Positions 41,601-50,499 of a stretch of DNA of 64,000 nt are shown one piece after another. Source of the stretch: an uncultured Verrucomicrobiae bacterium (GTDB lineage Bacteria > Verrucomicrobiota > Verrucomicrobiia > Chthoniobacterales > UBA10450); the NCBI GenBank assembly GCA_963726745.1, contig CAVSDR010000002.1:160001-224000 (forward strand), written 5' to 3'. The translations under genes and the position numbers were made by a program. Position 1 is the stretch's first letter. The number at the start of each line of letters is the position of its first letter. The notes beneath the pieces are model-generated. The model ran no database searches, had not been told where the DNA came from, and saw only the letters and a program-made list of their open reading frames with translations.

Positions 41601-42417
41601 AGTAAATTTTTGCGATCCGGCCCATGTCGCTCATATGCATCGTCGGGTCTTGCGCGACCTGGCCCTTGGCCAACGTCTCGATGCGGGCGCGGATCCCGGC
41701 GCGCACATCGCCTTGCGCATTCGCGGCCGGAGACAAAAAGATCGGCGCAATGGCCGCAACCCCCACGGTGGCGAGAGCAGCGCTCCGTGTTCGGAACCGT
41801 CCAAAGAAGCGAGCAAAGCCCGCCACGGCCGCCAGGCCGAGAGCCAGCAGGATGAGGCCCGAGGAGGATTCTGGGACTGCAGACGGCGCGTTGGTGGTTC
41901 CGAAGTTAAATCGGATAGTCTGCTCCTTGGCCGAACCGCCAGTGGTGCTATCGAGGTTGAGGGTCAGATTGACCACCCCCGAGGTGATCGGGGTGGGATT
42001 AAGAAAGCTAAGCGAGAAATTCGACGCATTGGTTGAAAACGGGACGTTGTTGAAGTTGCTCCAGCTCAGGGTCCCGTTAACAAACCCCGGACTCGTAAAC
42101 AACCCCGTCAGATTCATTGAAAAGGCGTTGATGATCTGCCCAGCCATCGCGGTCACTGGGATGCTGACGCTGAAGGTGCCGACAGGATCGAAGGCGGCGG
42201 TGCTGTAATTAGGCAGCGTGATCGTCCAGGAAGTGGGGGTGGTGACGACACTTTGGCCGGTCAAAAATGCGGGATTGGACGCCGATTGAGTGGCTGGTCC
42301 ATACGTGACCTGAGCTTGCGCCGCCGGCGCGCTCCAGAGGAATACTGCGAGACAAGGCAGGAGGATGGAAAAGGCGAACTTGGTGCGCCGGGTCGGGCAT
42401 GGGGTGAGGGAAGACAT
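38644..42417 (-). CDS. Large secreted protein: N-terminal domain + internal PEP-CTERM + Asp-box (BNR/sialidase-like) beta-propeller + C-terminal beta-sandwich domains
   Basis: Signal peptide ending AAQAQ; VPESSSGLILLALGLAAVAGFARFFGRFRTR at about residue 180; Asp-boxes SDDGGATF, STDFGHTW, STDNGATW, SLNGGVSF, SNDGGVTF. Confidence 0.8.
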   Translation of the reverse strand: MSSLTPCPTRRTKFAFSILLPCLAVFLWSAPAAQAQVTYGPATQSASNPAFLTGQSVVTTPTSWTITLPNYSTAAFDPVGTFSVSIPVTAMAGQIINAFSMNLTGLFTSPGFVNGTLSWSNFNNVPFSTNASNFSLSFLNPTPITSGVVNLTLNLDSTTGGSAKEQTIRFNFGTTNAPSAVPESSSGLILLALGLAAVAGFARFFGRFRTRSAALATVGVAAIAPIFLSPAANAQGDVRAGIRARIETLAKGQVAQDPTMHMSDMGRIAKIYSQWVERGGSGRVEGNQLVFVPSPYAPTGPDLDRAGDGDPDWALAIPGGQAEYSIAVDSTGQHIVIGFNDTRGFNKSPFQLSGYYYSDDGGATFVDGGSLPPGPTTSLSGTLYPQIFGDPDIRYAGGSTFYYTSIMVKNNMGATGLPATSQTLSLHRSTDFGHTWQGPFEITGATRPRTTTDSADKEFFDIHPVTGRLVVAWTNFIGSGGAENVSTYCDNPTSATPTWSAAAVVFPSTFNGGFPQGIQPRFAPDGSALYAVTNARNATPLDPSGYTQNNEGFNSSTDNGATWGTPTNLLAAPFRMLDQVLGNDRVHSFPFIAVGPSSAPATGVRSRDGVRRSPGGLVVTPKPIYVVYSTNANLDGGDIAFQRSLNGGVSFSAPVLVNSRPGNDRCQWFPTVAVDQSTGRIFITYFDQGIATSGDLTEITVVTSNDGGVTFSKPQPLSFAPFKAGWGNDTGQPNLGDYNQTVAQNGELFSIHAITELKPYGDGQIPAGNANAGSMTTPDDFFRRTSAPPVPSLQLTYFAFPASRGLEAVSFTESGGNGIVDAGDQVKMTIPLRNYVTNPVSTPVTITGISATLSSSDPNVTFLRATSSYPNAAPDATTSNTDTFVFKVGPGFTPGTRLPLTLTVTTNQGTRTFTYQQPTGSPVTTLLLSENFDGVAPGALPVGWTTSHGGGTNTVPWTTSNTAFRPSGSPNNAAFHVNANDATNPTRFERLFSPLITIPTNAEYVTLDMDVAYNTEDDPSYNILCYDGFLLRVTDQSGGTRVLRSVLLEAFAEEFATGALQHYPKHMPRNNSSAYLQDLSAWAGYSGGFKHVRVKLPGTNLSAVASGESLAGSVVQLRFEYTQDSGGTAFDVRPQNLSDPTLATSGVAFDNLVVAAVTSRSVELARLVLTPVSGQPGQYSGVITSQIPAPAGGITAALSSSDAPNTTLPASATIAAGQSVSPSFTVTLAPAGFGSVVTITATGPTNARTAGILVTGP

Positions 42418-42651
42418 AAGAGCTGCAGGTCCTTTCGTTGATGGGAGGCGTGCCCTAGCCTCAGGAATCCGGAAATCGCATAAGCCTATCCCGTGCCTAA
42501 GTTTATCTGCTAAACGTGTCCAAATAGTCCTTAACCGACGGGAGGGCAGATTGTTACGGCCCATTCCCGTAGACGGAAATTAGCGGTTTAGCATTTCTCG
42601 CTTTGCGACAAAACGTAAGCTATGCCGACAATGCCCTCGCAGGTATTTGCA

Positions 42652-43650
42652 CTACTGAAGGTCGATCGTGCGGAAGAACAGCCGCGACGGACGCGGCTCA
42701 CTGACCCGATAGTATGGGATCACCGTTGGGTCGACCGAAAGCCACGTCTTCAGGTCGAACGATTGCTGCAACTGCCCCACGAAGTTCACCACGATGGCGC
42801 CGTTGGCATCTCTCCCGACCGCGGCGAAGGGCGCCGCTGGCGGCAGCATCGCCCCGGTGGCGACCGGCCGCGGGGTGTTCGAGGCACCGGTGAGTTCCTG
42901 CCAGTCGTAATCGACGAAACGAGTAAGCCGGTTGCCGGACGCATCGAAGACCTCCTCGTTCCAGAGCTCGGCCCAGCCGCTCCCGACCGCGGTGAAATTA
43001 GGCCCGGATGAAGCTGTGGCCGCGGCACTGAGCGTCCAGTCGAGCGTGAAAGCGCTGCCAAAAGTGATCGGGAGCTGGACCGTGCTCCAATCCGCCATGC
43101 CCGCGTCACTCGCGAGATTCCCGGTTCCGTGCAGCGTCCGGGAAAAGGCGTCGCCGCCGCCGGCGCCGTCGTCCATGAGCAAGCCCATGTCGAGCGAGGC
43201 GCTGTCAAAACCGCGCACCCGCTGCGCCCAGTGATAGCGAAAGGTGAAACGGATGCTGCCTTCCGCACCATCGAGCCCGGCGCGCAGCGGCTGCACCACG
43301 AACGTCCCGGTGCGATGCAGCGCGCTCACCGCCGTGGCCGCCGCCGGGCTGCTCGCGGCGGGCTGGTCCGCCTCCGACCGGACGTAGGACTTCTCGGTGA
43401 TCACGAAGTCTCCCGCCGTGGGAAACTGCGGCAGCCCGCCGAGCGAGATGCCGCTGGTAAAAACCTGGCCGGAAACAAACTGCTCCGGCGACAGAATCAT
43501 CGCTTCATCCGTCAAGAGTCCCGCGCCGGCGGATTTCGTGTGGATAAATCGCTGGCCCGCATAGAGGTCGAGCCGCGAACTGGTGGAACTGGCGAGAGAG
43601 GCGGAGGTGAGCAGGCCAAGACAAAGGAGGGAAGGAAGGGAAATGTTCAT
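42652..43650 (-). CDS. Hypothetical secreted protein
   Basis: Signal-like N-terminus MNISLPSLLCLGLL; C-terminal LQQSFDLKTW..LFFR resembles Verrucomicrobia terminal motifs. Confidence 0.6.
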   Translation of the reverse strand: MNISLPSLLCLGLLTSASLASSTSSRLDLYAGQRFIHTKSAGAGLLTDEAMILSPEQFVSGQVFTSGISLGGLPQFPTAGDFVITEKSYVRSEADQPAASSPAAATAVSALHRTGTFVVQPLRAGLDGAEGSIRFTFRYHWAQRVRGFDSASLDMGLLMDDGAGGGDAFSRTLHGTGNLASDAGMADWSTVQLPITFGSAFTLDWTLSAAATASSGPNFTAVGSGWAELWNEEVFDASGNRLTRFVDYDWQELTGASNTPRPVATGAMLPPAAPFAAVGRDANGAIVVNFVGQLQQSFDLKTWLSVDPTVIPYYRVSEPRPSRLFFRTIDLQ

Positions 43651-43708
43651 GGGACAGGGACATGACGCGACGCTGTCGCTGCGCGAAAAAGGAGAGTAAC
43701 GTAAACCC

Positions 43709-44029
43709 ATGAACGCGTGCACGCACTACTGGCAATTCGCCAGGAGCGTTTCCCGAAAGATTAGCCGGCCACTTCATCTGCCGGTCGCTTCGATGGCTTT
43801 ACTTGTTTTCTGCGGGCTGGCCCAATCAAACGCTGCTCCCGAGAAAGCCACCCCCGAGACCGAGCGCGGCATCACGCCCTCGCCGGCGCCTTCTCTCACG
43901 CCCACCGCCACGCCCGCGCGACCCTCGTCCGACGAGGAAGCTTTCGAAGCCGCCCGGCGCCGGCGGGCGCTCGAACGAGGCCGCGAAAGGGGCGGCAGCG
44001 AGCCCGCGTCGCCCTCGCCGAAGCCGTAG
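43709..44029 (+). CDS. Small Pro-rich hypothetical exported protein
   Basis: Hydrophobic segment followed by TPSPAPSLTPTATP; start uncertain. Confidence 0.4.
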   Translation: MNACTHYWQFARSVSRKISRPLHLPVASMALLVFCGLAQSNAAPEKATPETERGITPSPAPSLTPTATPARPSSDEEAFEAARRRRALERGRERGGSEPASPSPKP

Positions 44030-44040
44030 CGCGCGCCGAG

Positions 44041-44068
44041 TTGCAAACCGCATTTCCATATCTACAGT
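44041..44068 (+). promoter_or_regulatory. Possible sigma70-type promoter of tRNA-Ala
   Basis: TTGCAA-16 nt-TACAGT ending 12 nt upstream of the tRNA. Confidence 0.35.
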
Positions 44069-44080
44069 CAGCGGTTCCGC

Positions 44081-44153
44081 GGGGTCTTAGCTCAGTTGGT
44101 AGAGCGCCTCAATGGCATTGAGGAGGTCAGGGGTTCGATTCCCCTAGGCTCCA
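44081..44153 (+). tRNA. tRNA-Ala (anticodon GGC), CCA not encoded
   Basis: GGGGTCT/AGGCTCC acceptor stem with G3:U70, AGCTCAGTTGGTAGAGC D-arm, CCTCA-ATGGCAT-TGAGG anticodon arm, AGGGGTTCGATTCCCCT T-arm. Confidence 0.95.
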
Positions 44154-44231
44154 TTTCTCAGTCCGTTCAAGCGACGGGCGGCGCAGCCAGCAATAGGTTG
44201 CCTTGCCCGGCAATCTGCGGATAGGTGCGGC

Positions 44232-45068
44232 ATGCTTTCTCGCTTTGTTCTTGCCCTGGCTGCTACGGCCACCTTCGTCGCTGCCCCTCGTGCTTTAGCT
44301 CAATCGGTCGTCGCCGATTATCGCGTGCAAGACACCTTCAACTCTTCCGTCGGCACGATCGGGCCGCTCGTACCTGTCGGCGCCGGGATGGTGACCTTCA
44401 ACGACGCCACGGTGGACGGACAAATGCAGCGCGTGCTCACGATTACGACTAATTCGACCGCTCCTGGCTCCGACTCCGGCGTGCAGACGCAGGCGGTGGG
44501 CGTGCTCAACCCGGCAAACTACTCGGTCGTGCTCCTCTCGGACTTCGTGATTAATCCCGCCAACGTCGTTGCCACCAAGATCTTTGACTTCAAGAATCTC
44601 AGCACCGATGCCGGGCTCTACGTCAATGCCGCGGACGGCACGCTCGCGTTCATCGACGGCATGGGAGTGGTCCAGGGAACCGGTGGGGCGGCCATTTCCA
44701 GTCTCGAGTTCGTGCAGGTGGTGCTCACCCGGGCGGCCGCGACTGGCCTAACGAGTATCTACTTGAATGGAATGCCGGCCTTTTCGTTTGTCGACACCAC
44801 CGGGCTGGCAATCCTGGGTGACGCGACCGCGACGGGTAACGCCTTCCTCACGCTCTATAAGGACGACGGCATGGGGCTGGGAGGAAGTGTCCTGGGCGAG
44901 GGGACTCAAGGCGACATCGCACGACTGCGGTTATACGACGGCGTGCTCTCGGCGGGGCAGGTGGCTGGCCTCGACCGCGCCATCCCGGAGCCCTCGACCT
45001 ACGCGCTGCTGGTCACGGGCGTTCTGCTCGTGGGCGCCTGGCGCCGTCGGCGTCAAAGCGCTGGCTAA
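44232..45068 (+). CDS. PEP-CTERM surface protein with LamG-like domain
   Basis: Signal peptide; GDIARLRLYDGVLSAGQV; C-terminal IPEPSTYALLVTGVLLVGAWRRRR. Confidence 0.88.
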   Translation: MLSRFVLALAATATFVAAPRALAQSVVADYRVQDTFNSSVGTIGPLVPVGAGMVTFNDATVDGQMQRVLTITTNSTAPGSDSGVQTQAVGVLNPANYSVVLLSDFVINPANVVATKIFDFKNLSTDAGLYVNAADGTLAFIDGMGVVQGTGGAAISSLEFVQVVLTRAAATGLTSIYLNGMPAFSFVDTTGLAILGDATATGNAFLTLYKDDGMGLGGSVLGEGTQGDIARLRLYDGVLSAGQVAGLDRAIPEPSTYALLVTGVLLVGAWRRRRQSAG

Positions 45069-45742
45069 TTGAGGGAGCGCCGTTCGGCGACGATGGCTTG
45101 CGAGATCTGCTCCGCGAGCTGCTGGCGATAGTTCGGGCTTCGGGCCAGGGCGACGTCCTGCGGATTCGTGAGGAAGCCACACTCAGCGAGGACTGCGCGG
45201 ATTTTAGTCGAGCGAAGCACCCGGAAGCCGGCGCGCTTTACTCCGCGGTTGGTCCCCGTAGTTGTCGCCGCGAGATTGCGCTGGATGCGCATCGCGAGGG
45301 GCGCCTCCGAAGGCGCGGTGTAGTAGGTTTCAATGCCGCGCGCGCCCGGACGGGTCGCGGAGTTAAAGTGGATGCACATGAAAATGGCGTCGCGGAATTG
45401 ATTGGCGATCGCGACACGTTGATCGAGCGGAATGAAGCGGTCGTCCGAGCGCGTCATGACCGTGCGAAAGCCGGAGCGTTGCAGGGATTTTTGCAAGCGG
45501 CGCGCCACATCCAGGGCGACGTCTTTTTCCGGGATGAGATTCTGCCGGATGCCGCCAAAGTCGCCACCGCCATGGCCGGCATCGATGATCACGGTGGAGA
45601 ATTGATTTGCCGAAACCGACTTCGCAGGCAGGCGATGCTTCTTCCCGGCATGCCGCCGCGCTCGGGCATCGGCCTGGTGCAAACCAAGGAGGAGGCAAAA
45701 ACCAACGGCAAGGAGCGTGCGGAGAGGAAATGGGCCGGGCAT
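45065..45742 (-). CDS. N-acetylmuramoyl-L-alanine amidase (Amidase_3)
   Basis: IIDAGHGG, EKDVAL, CIHFNS, VLAECGFLTN. Confidence 0.92.
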   Translation of the reverse strand: MPGPFPLRTLLAVGFCLLLGLHQADARARRHAGKKHRLPAKSVSANQFSTVIIDAGHGGGDFGGIRQNLIPEKDVALDVARRLQKSLQRSGFRTVMTRSDDRFIPLDQRVAIANQFRDAIFMCIHFNSATRPGARGIETYYTAPSEAPLAMRIQRNLAATTTGTNRGVKRAGFRVLRSTKIRAVLAECGFLTNPQDVALARSPNYRQQLAEQISQAIVAERRSLN

Positions 45743-45863
45743 GCGATCTTTCCAAGCAAGTTTCGCTCCGGCGGGCGCCTTTGGACGCGCCGCAAAAGGA
45801 TTGGCGCCCGCGACCTCCCCGCGTAACTTCCGCCCCTGCGCCTCCCATGGCCGCGTTTTTCTC

Positions 45864-47402
45864 ATGATCAATCTCCTCCGCAAGAACCAAAAAGGGCTCT
45901 GGATCGTCATCGCACTGCTCTGCATTCCATTCGTCTTTTACTTCAGCAATTCGAAGGTCGGGCCGATCGGTGCGAACCAATTCGGCCGCATTTATGGGCG
46001 GGCGATTCCGATCGCGGAATTCCAGCGCAGCGTGCGCCTGTTCAATCTCGCGCGTGAGCTCGGGATGTTTACTCTCCTGCAGGAGATGGTCGCGGGGGCG
46101 CAATCGGAGACGGAAGCCTATTCCGAGTTCACTTGGAATCGCCTCATTCTCCAGCACGAAGCTGAGCGGCTGGGAATCCAGCCAAGCGCCGGGGAAATCG
46201 CCGAGGTCGTTAAGGGGCTTTATCCTTTCCGCGGTCAGGCCGGGTTCGACTTGAACAAGTACACCGAATTCACCCAGAACGTTCTTCCCTCGTTAGGCTT
46301 CACCGAGTCGCAGGTGGAGGAACTCGCCGCCAGCCAGCTCATTCTCCAGCGGATCAAGAACATCGTCGGCGTGGGCGTGCACCTGCCCGAAAGCGAGAGC
46401 CGGGAGAACTTCGAGCGCGCTTACGGCAAAATGAACGTCGCCGTGGTCCGCTTGAACGCCGAGGACCTGGCGAAAGACGTGCAGGTGAGCGACGAGGAAA
46501 TCGCGAAGTATTACGAGGCTCATCAAGCCGAGCTCAAAAGCCCCGAGAAGCGCAAGGTTACCCTGGTGAATTTTCGCCTCGCGGATGAGCAAAAGAAACT
46601 TACCGGCAAGGAGCATATCGAAGCGCTGCAAAAATTAGCCGACCAGGCGAACGAGTTCACCCAAGCCCTGCACGATAAAGGCGCCGATTTCGCGCAGCTC
46701 GCAGCCAAGTTCAATCTCCCGGTGCAAACTACCGGCGACTTCACTCGCAGCGCGCCGGATCCGCTCCTCCAGGGCGACCCGAAGCTCGTCGCCGCCGCCT
46801 TCCAGCTCACGGCCGAGGAGCCGAACAGCGAAGCCACCCAGGCCGCCGACGGCTTCTCGATCATGCATCTCGCCGGCGTCGAAGCGGCACAACCGCTCGC
46901 CCTCGAGGCGGCGAAGCCGCAAATCGTGAACGCGCTCAAAAACCAGCGCGTGCAGGAACTCGTCGCCACCAAGGCCGCCGCCGCCGCCGCCACTTTGCGC
47001 GATGCGCTCAAGGCCGGCCAGCCGCTCGACGCGGCCCTTGCAAAAACCGGTCTGCCGCACGAGAAGCTCTCGCCTTTCGCGCTGGCCGATCAAGCGCCAG
47101 CTCCGGCCGCCCCGGGCCAAACCCCCGCGCCCGAGACGCCCGATTTGCAGACGATCAAGGGCACGGTCTCGGAGTTGAGCCCGGGAGAAGTGAGCGAGTT
47201 CGTGCCGACCGCGAAGGGCGGCCTCGTGGCCGTGCTGGAGAAGCGTGAGCAACCCGAAGCCGCGACCTACGAAGCCGGGAAGCAGACCTTCAACAATCGC
47301 TACCTCGACAGCAAACGCGAGGTCGCCTTCTTCGAGTGGCTGCGCGAACGCCGCCGCGAAGCCGGCGCGCAAATGCAGAGCGGCGTGCTCGACGCCGGCT
47401 AA
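45864..47402 (+). CDS. SurA N-terminal domain / PpiD-like periplasmic folding chaperone
   Basis: N-terminal TM anchor, LILQHEAERLGI, VSDEEIAKYYEAHQAELKSPEKR, GADFAQLA. Confidence 0.8.
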   Translation: MINLLRKNQKGLWIVIALLCIPFVFYFSNSKVGPIGANQFGRIYGRAIPIAEFQRSVRLFNLARELGMFTLLQEMVAGAQSETEAYSEFTWNRLILQHEAERLGIQPSAGEIAEVVKGLYPFRGQAGFDLNKYTEFTQNVLPSLGFTESQVEELAASQLILQRIKNIVGVGVHLPESESRENFERAYGKMNVAVVRLNAEDLAKDVQVSDEEIAKYYEAHQAELKSPEKRKVTLVNFRLADEQKKLTGKEHIEALQKLADQANEFTQALHDKGADFAQLAAKFNLPVQTTGDFTRSAPDPLLQGDPKLVAAAFQLTAEEPNSEATQAADGFSIMHLAGVEAAQPLALEAAKPQIVNALKNQRVQELVATKAAAAAATLRDALKAGQPLDAALAKTGLPHEKLSPFALADQAPAPAAPGQTPAPETPDLQTIKGTVSELSPGEVSEFVPTAKGGLVAVLEKREQPEAATYEAGKQTFNNRYLDSKREVAFFEWLRERRREAGAQMQSGVLDAG

Positions 47403-47429
47403 CGGGTGGTCGGCTAATTTTCCCCCGCG

Positions 47430-47762
47430 ATGGCCGAGCTCGAGGATCTCTTCGACGACGCCACCGGCGATCTCGCGGTCGGCGAGCTGGAGAGCGCGGT
47501 CGGGAAATATCGGGCGTGCGTGGAACTTGACCCGGAGTTCTTCGATGGCTGGCACGCGCTCGGGATGGCCTTGATGAAACTCGGCCGCTTCCCGGAAGCG
47601 ATCGAGGCCGGGCTGCGCGCGACCGCGCTTCGGCCTAACGACCAGATCGGCTGGACCAGCCTCTCCCTCTTCTACAATCGCAACGGCCAGATCCCGGAAG
47701 CCGAGGCCGCCGGGACGAAGGCGAAGATCCTTTCCTGGGGCGGCAAAATCGCCAAAGAGTGA
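47430..47762 (+). CDS. Small TPR protein
   Basis: ELDPEFFDGWHALGMALMKLGRFPEAI TPR pattern. Confidence 0.8.
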   Translation: MAELEDLFDDATGDLAVGELESAVGKYRACVELDPEFFDGWHALGMALMKLGRFPEAIEAGLRATALRPNDQIGWTSLSLFYNRNGQIPEAEAAGTKAKILSWGGKIAKE

Positions 47763-49027
47763 GCGTGCGAAGTTGCTGGCTGTTTCTTGCTCTCCTGGCC
47801 TGCGCGGCGCGGGCGCAAGAGCCGGACGATTGGGAGGCTGAGCACCGAAAAACCGCCGCCGAGTTACTCGAGCAATGGAGGAACGCCGCGACCCCGGAAG
47901 CCCGGCAAAAATTAGCCGACCCTCTGCTCACGGCCGCGGTTTACTCCGGCCAGCCGGAAGTCGTGACCGAGGTCGTCACCGGCGGCAAATTTGCTGAGCG
48001 GGAGATTGCTTTCCCGGCAACCACGGAACGGGTCGCGCTCCAGCCATTGCAGACCTTTCCTTACGACCAGCGCCCTTACTCAAACGGCCCGAGCTGGGTG
48101 GTCCGCCGCCTAACGAGGAATCGCTTCGAGCTCTGGATTCCATCCCACGGCTGGCTCTTCGATCGCGCCGGCCGTTTACTCAACGAAGCGCGGCCGCCGC
48201 GGCGCGATGGCACGGGCCGCGAATGGTATGGCGCCTTCCTGCCCGACGGCCGCTGGGTCACGACCGATCTCTGGGAAATGGACAAGACGCTGCATTTCTT
48301 CTCGTCCGCGGGGAAGTGGGTCCGCGACGTGAAAGCGCTCGACCTCGTGCCGCTGGGCCATCCGGACGGGATGAGCACACTTTCGCTCATTGGCTGGTGC
48401 CGCAGCGACCGGGAGGGCCAAGGATTTGTCGTCAGCGTGGGCGATAATGGCGGCCGCGGCCTTGCCTGGGTCGACGGAAAGGGAAACCACCGCCTGCTCG
48501 CGCCTAACGAGTCGCCGTGGGCGCTCTGCTATCCGCGCGATCTCGAGCCGAAAGGGATGTATCTCCACCTCACACGGCCGAGCGACGACGGCGCTGCCTG
48601 GGCCACGCGCGACGAGCCGGGGCACGGGATGTTTGTCGGTTATCCACGTTACGAGTGGGGGCCGCCGGCGCTCACGGTTCCGCAAGGGCAAACCTTTGGC
48701 TTTTGGCCCGGAACGCACGAGGTCTATGTCGTGACGGAAAATTACGTTGAGCCGAGAGCCGCGCGGACCTGGTTCTTCAGCGCGGCGGGGGAGTTCCAGG
48801 GATGGGTGGAGGCCCGAAGATTAGCCGACGACTCGGCAACCAGCGGCATGCTCTTCGCCGCCGCGGATGGGCCCGTGGTCACTTTGTCGAACCAGCGCCA
48901 GGTCGAGCGCGTGCGGACCTTCACCTGGGAGAACGGCGAGGTTGCCGTGCCCTTTTCCATCTTCCCGGATCTCCACCGCGGATTCTTCACCCGCGGGAAG
49001 GAGCTCGTGCTGGCGCGCTGGAAATGA
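47759..49027 (+). CDS. Hypothetical exported protein (Trp/Gly-rich, beta-rich)
   Basis: Signal peptide; coupled to both neighbours by 4-nt overlaps. Confidence 0.6.
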   Translation: MSVRSCWLFLALLACAARAQEPDDWEAEHRKTAAELLEQWRNAATPEARQKLADPLLTAAVYSGQPEVVTEVVTGGKFAEREIAFPATTERVALQPLQTFPYDQRPYSNGPSWVVRRLTRNRFELWIPSHGWLFDRAGRLLNEARPPRRDGTGREWYGAFLPDGRWVTTDLWEMDKTLHFFSSAGKWVRDVKALDLVPLGHPDGMSTLSLIGWCRSDREGQGFVVSVGDNGGRGLAWVDGKGNHRLLAPNESPWALCYPRDLEPKGMYLHLTRPSDDGAAWATRDEPGHGMFVGYPRYEWGPPALTVPQGQTFGFWPGTHEVYVVTENYVEPRAARTWFFSAAGEFQGWVEARRLADDSATSGMLFAAADGPVVTLSNQRQVERVRTFTWENGEVAVPFSIFPDLHRGFFTRGKELVLARWK

Positions 49028-50076
49028 AAATGACGCTTACTTTTCGCCGTTACGATTTGCAGTTAACCCACAACTGGATGGTCGCGAGCAGTCAGGCCAG
49101 CGGCGGGAAAACGATTTATCCCGCCGTCTTCGTCGAGCTGCGCGATGCCGACGGCGTGCTCGGCCGCGGCGAGGCGGCGCCGTCCAATCGCTACCTGGAA
49201 ACGGCCGACACCTGCCTCGCGTTTCTCGAGAAAGTGGACGCCGGCCGGCTGAGCTTTGACGATCTCGCCGGGAGCATGGCTTATCTCGAAAACCTGACGC
49301 CGGGCGACTTCTCGCCCAAGGGCGCGGTCAACATCGCCCTGCTCGACGGCGCGGCGAAAAGAGCCGGCCAGACGTTGCACGCTTTCCTCGGGCTGCCTTT
49401 CCACGAAGGCGCGCACCTCACTTCCTTCACCATCGGCATCGACACCCCGGAAATGATGCGCCGGAAGACCGAGGAAGCCGCGACCTTCCCGGCTTTGAAG
49501 CTCAAGGTCGGCTCGCCTAACGACTCGATCAATCTCGCCGCCTTGCGCGCGGTCGCGCCGCAGAAGCGCCTGCGGGTGGATGCGAACGAAGCCTGGCTCA
49601 CGAAAGAGGATGCGCTCCGGCGGATCGAAGAACTGGCGCGCGATCCGCAGATCGAATTCATCGAGCAACCGCTGCCGGCCGCGAACCCGCCGGAGGATTT
49701 CATCTGGCTAAAGGAGCGCTCGCCGCTGCCGATCGTGGGCGACGAATCTTTTCATCGTGCGAGCGACGTCCCGCGCTGCGCGGAGTGCTTTCATGGGGTG
49801 AACATGAAGCTGGCTAAAACCGGCGGCGTCCTTCGCGGGCTCGAGGCGCTGCAGGCCGCGCGCGCTGCCGGCTTGAAAACGATGATCGGCAGCATGGTGG
49901 AGTCGAGCATCCTCACTTCCGCGGGCGCGCATCTGGCCGCGCTGGCGGATTGGCTCGATCTCGACGGCATGCTCCTGATCCGGAACGATCCGTTCCGCGG
50001 CGTGACGGCCGAGAGTGGGATAATGTCCTTCGCGCAAGCCGCGGAGCCGTGCGGTCTGCAGGTCGAGCCGCGCTGA
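49024..50076 (+). CDS. Dipeptide epimerase (L-Ala-D/L-Glu epimerase, enolase superfamily)
   Basis: GEAAP, LKLKVG, RVDANEAW, FIEQP, GDES, NMKLAKTGG, DLDG. Confidence 0.9.
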   Translation: MKMTLTFRRYDLQLTHNWMVASSQASGGKTIYPAVFVELRDADGVLGRGEAAPSNRYLETADTCLAFLEKVDAGRLSFDDLAGSMAYLENLTPGDFSPKGAVNIALLDGAAKRAGQTLHAFLGLPFHEGAHLTSFTIGIDTPEMMRRKTEEAATFPALKLKVGSPNDSINLAALRAVAPQKRLRVDANEAWLTKEDALRRIEELARDPQIEFIEQPLPAANPPEDFIWLKERSPLPIVGDESFHRASDVPRCAECFHGVNMKLAKTGGVLRGLEALQAARAAGLKTMIGSMVESSILTSAGAHLAALADWLDLDGMLLIRNDPFRGVTAESGIMSFAQAAEPCGLQVEPR

Positions 50077-50084
50077 CTGGCGGA

Positions 50085-50397
50085 TTAAACGCGCTCGTCG
50101 CGCGGCGCCGGCTCTTCCATCGGCGCAGCCGCGGGCGCAGGTGCGGCGCGCGGCCGGCGGGAGCGAGTGCGGCACGCGATCATTCGCCGGCACGGGCGCA
50201 TTCGTCGGCGTGTGCGCGGTTTGCAATTCCGTGGTGAAGTCGTCCTTCGCCTTGTGGAATTCGCGCATCGCCTGGCCCATCCCCTTGGCCAGTTCCGGGA
50301 GGCGCTTGGCCCCGAAGAGCACGAGCACAATCAGCAGGATGACGATCAGGTCGGGTCCGCCGAGATTCGTTAGGCTGGCAAGAAGTTCGAGGTTCAT
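50085..50397 (-). CDS. tatA: Twin-arginine translocase subunit TatA/E (frameshift in the tail near 50160)
   Basis: LGGPDLIVILLIVLVLFGAKRLPELAKGMGQAMREFHK. Confidence 0.88.
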
Positions 50398-50499
50398 AGG
50401 AGCATCCTGGTTGCGAAACTAAGCGCCGGTTTTGGCCTTCGCGCAATCCTCTTCGTGCCGCCGCTGCATCCAAGGGGTGGAAGACACCGTATTCCCCCC

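Noticed and set aside
37611..45068. tRNA-Ala-anchored genomic island
   Set aside because: No integrase and no duplicated tRNA 3' end were seen, and most of the accessory block lies on the 5' side of the tRNA.
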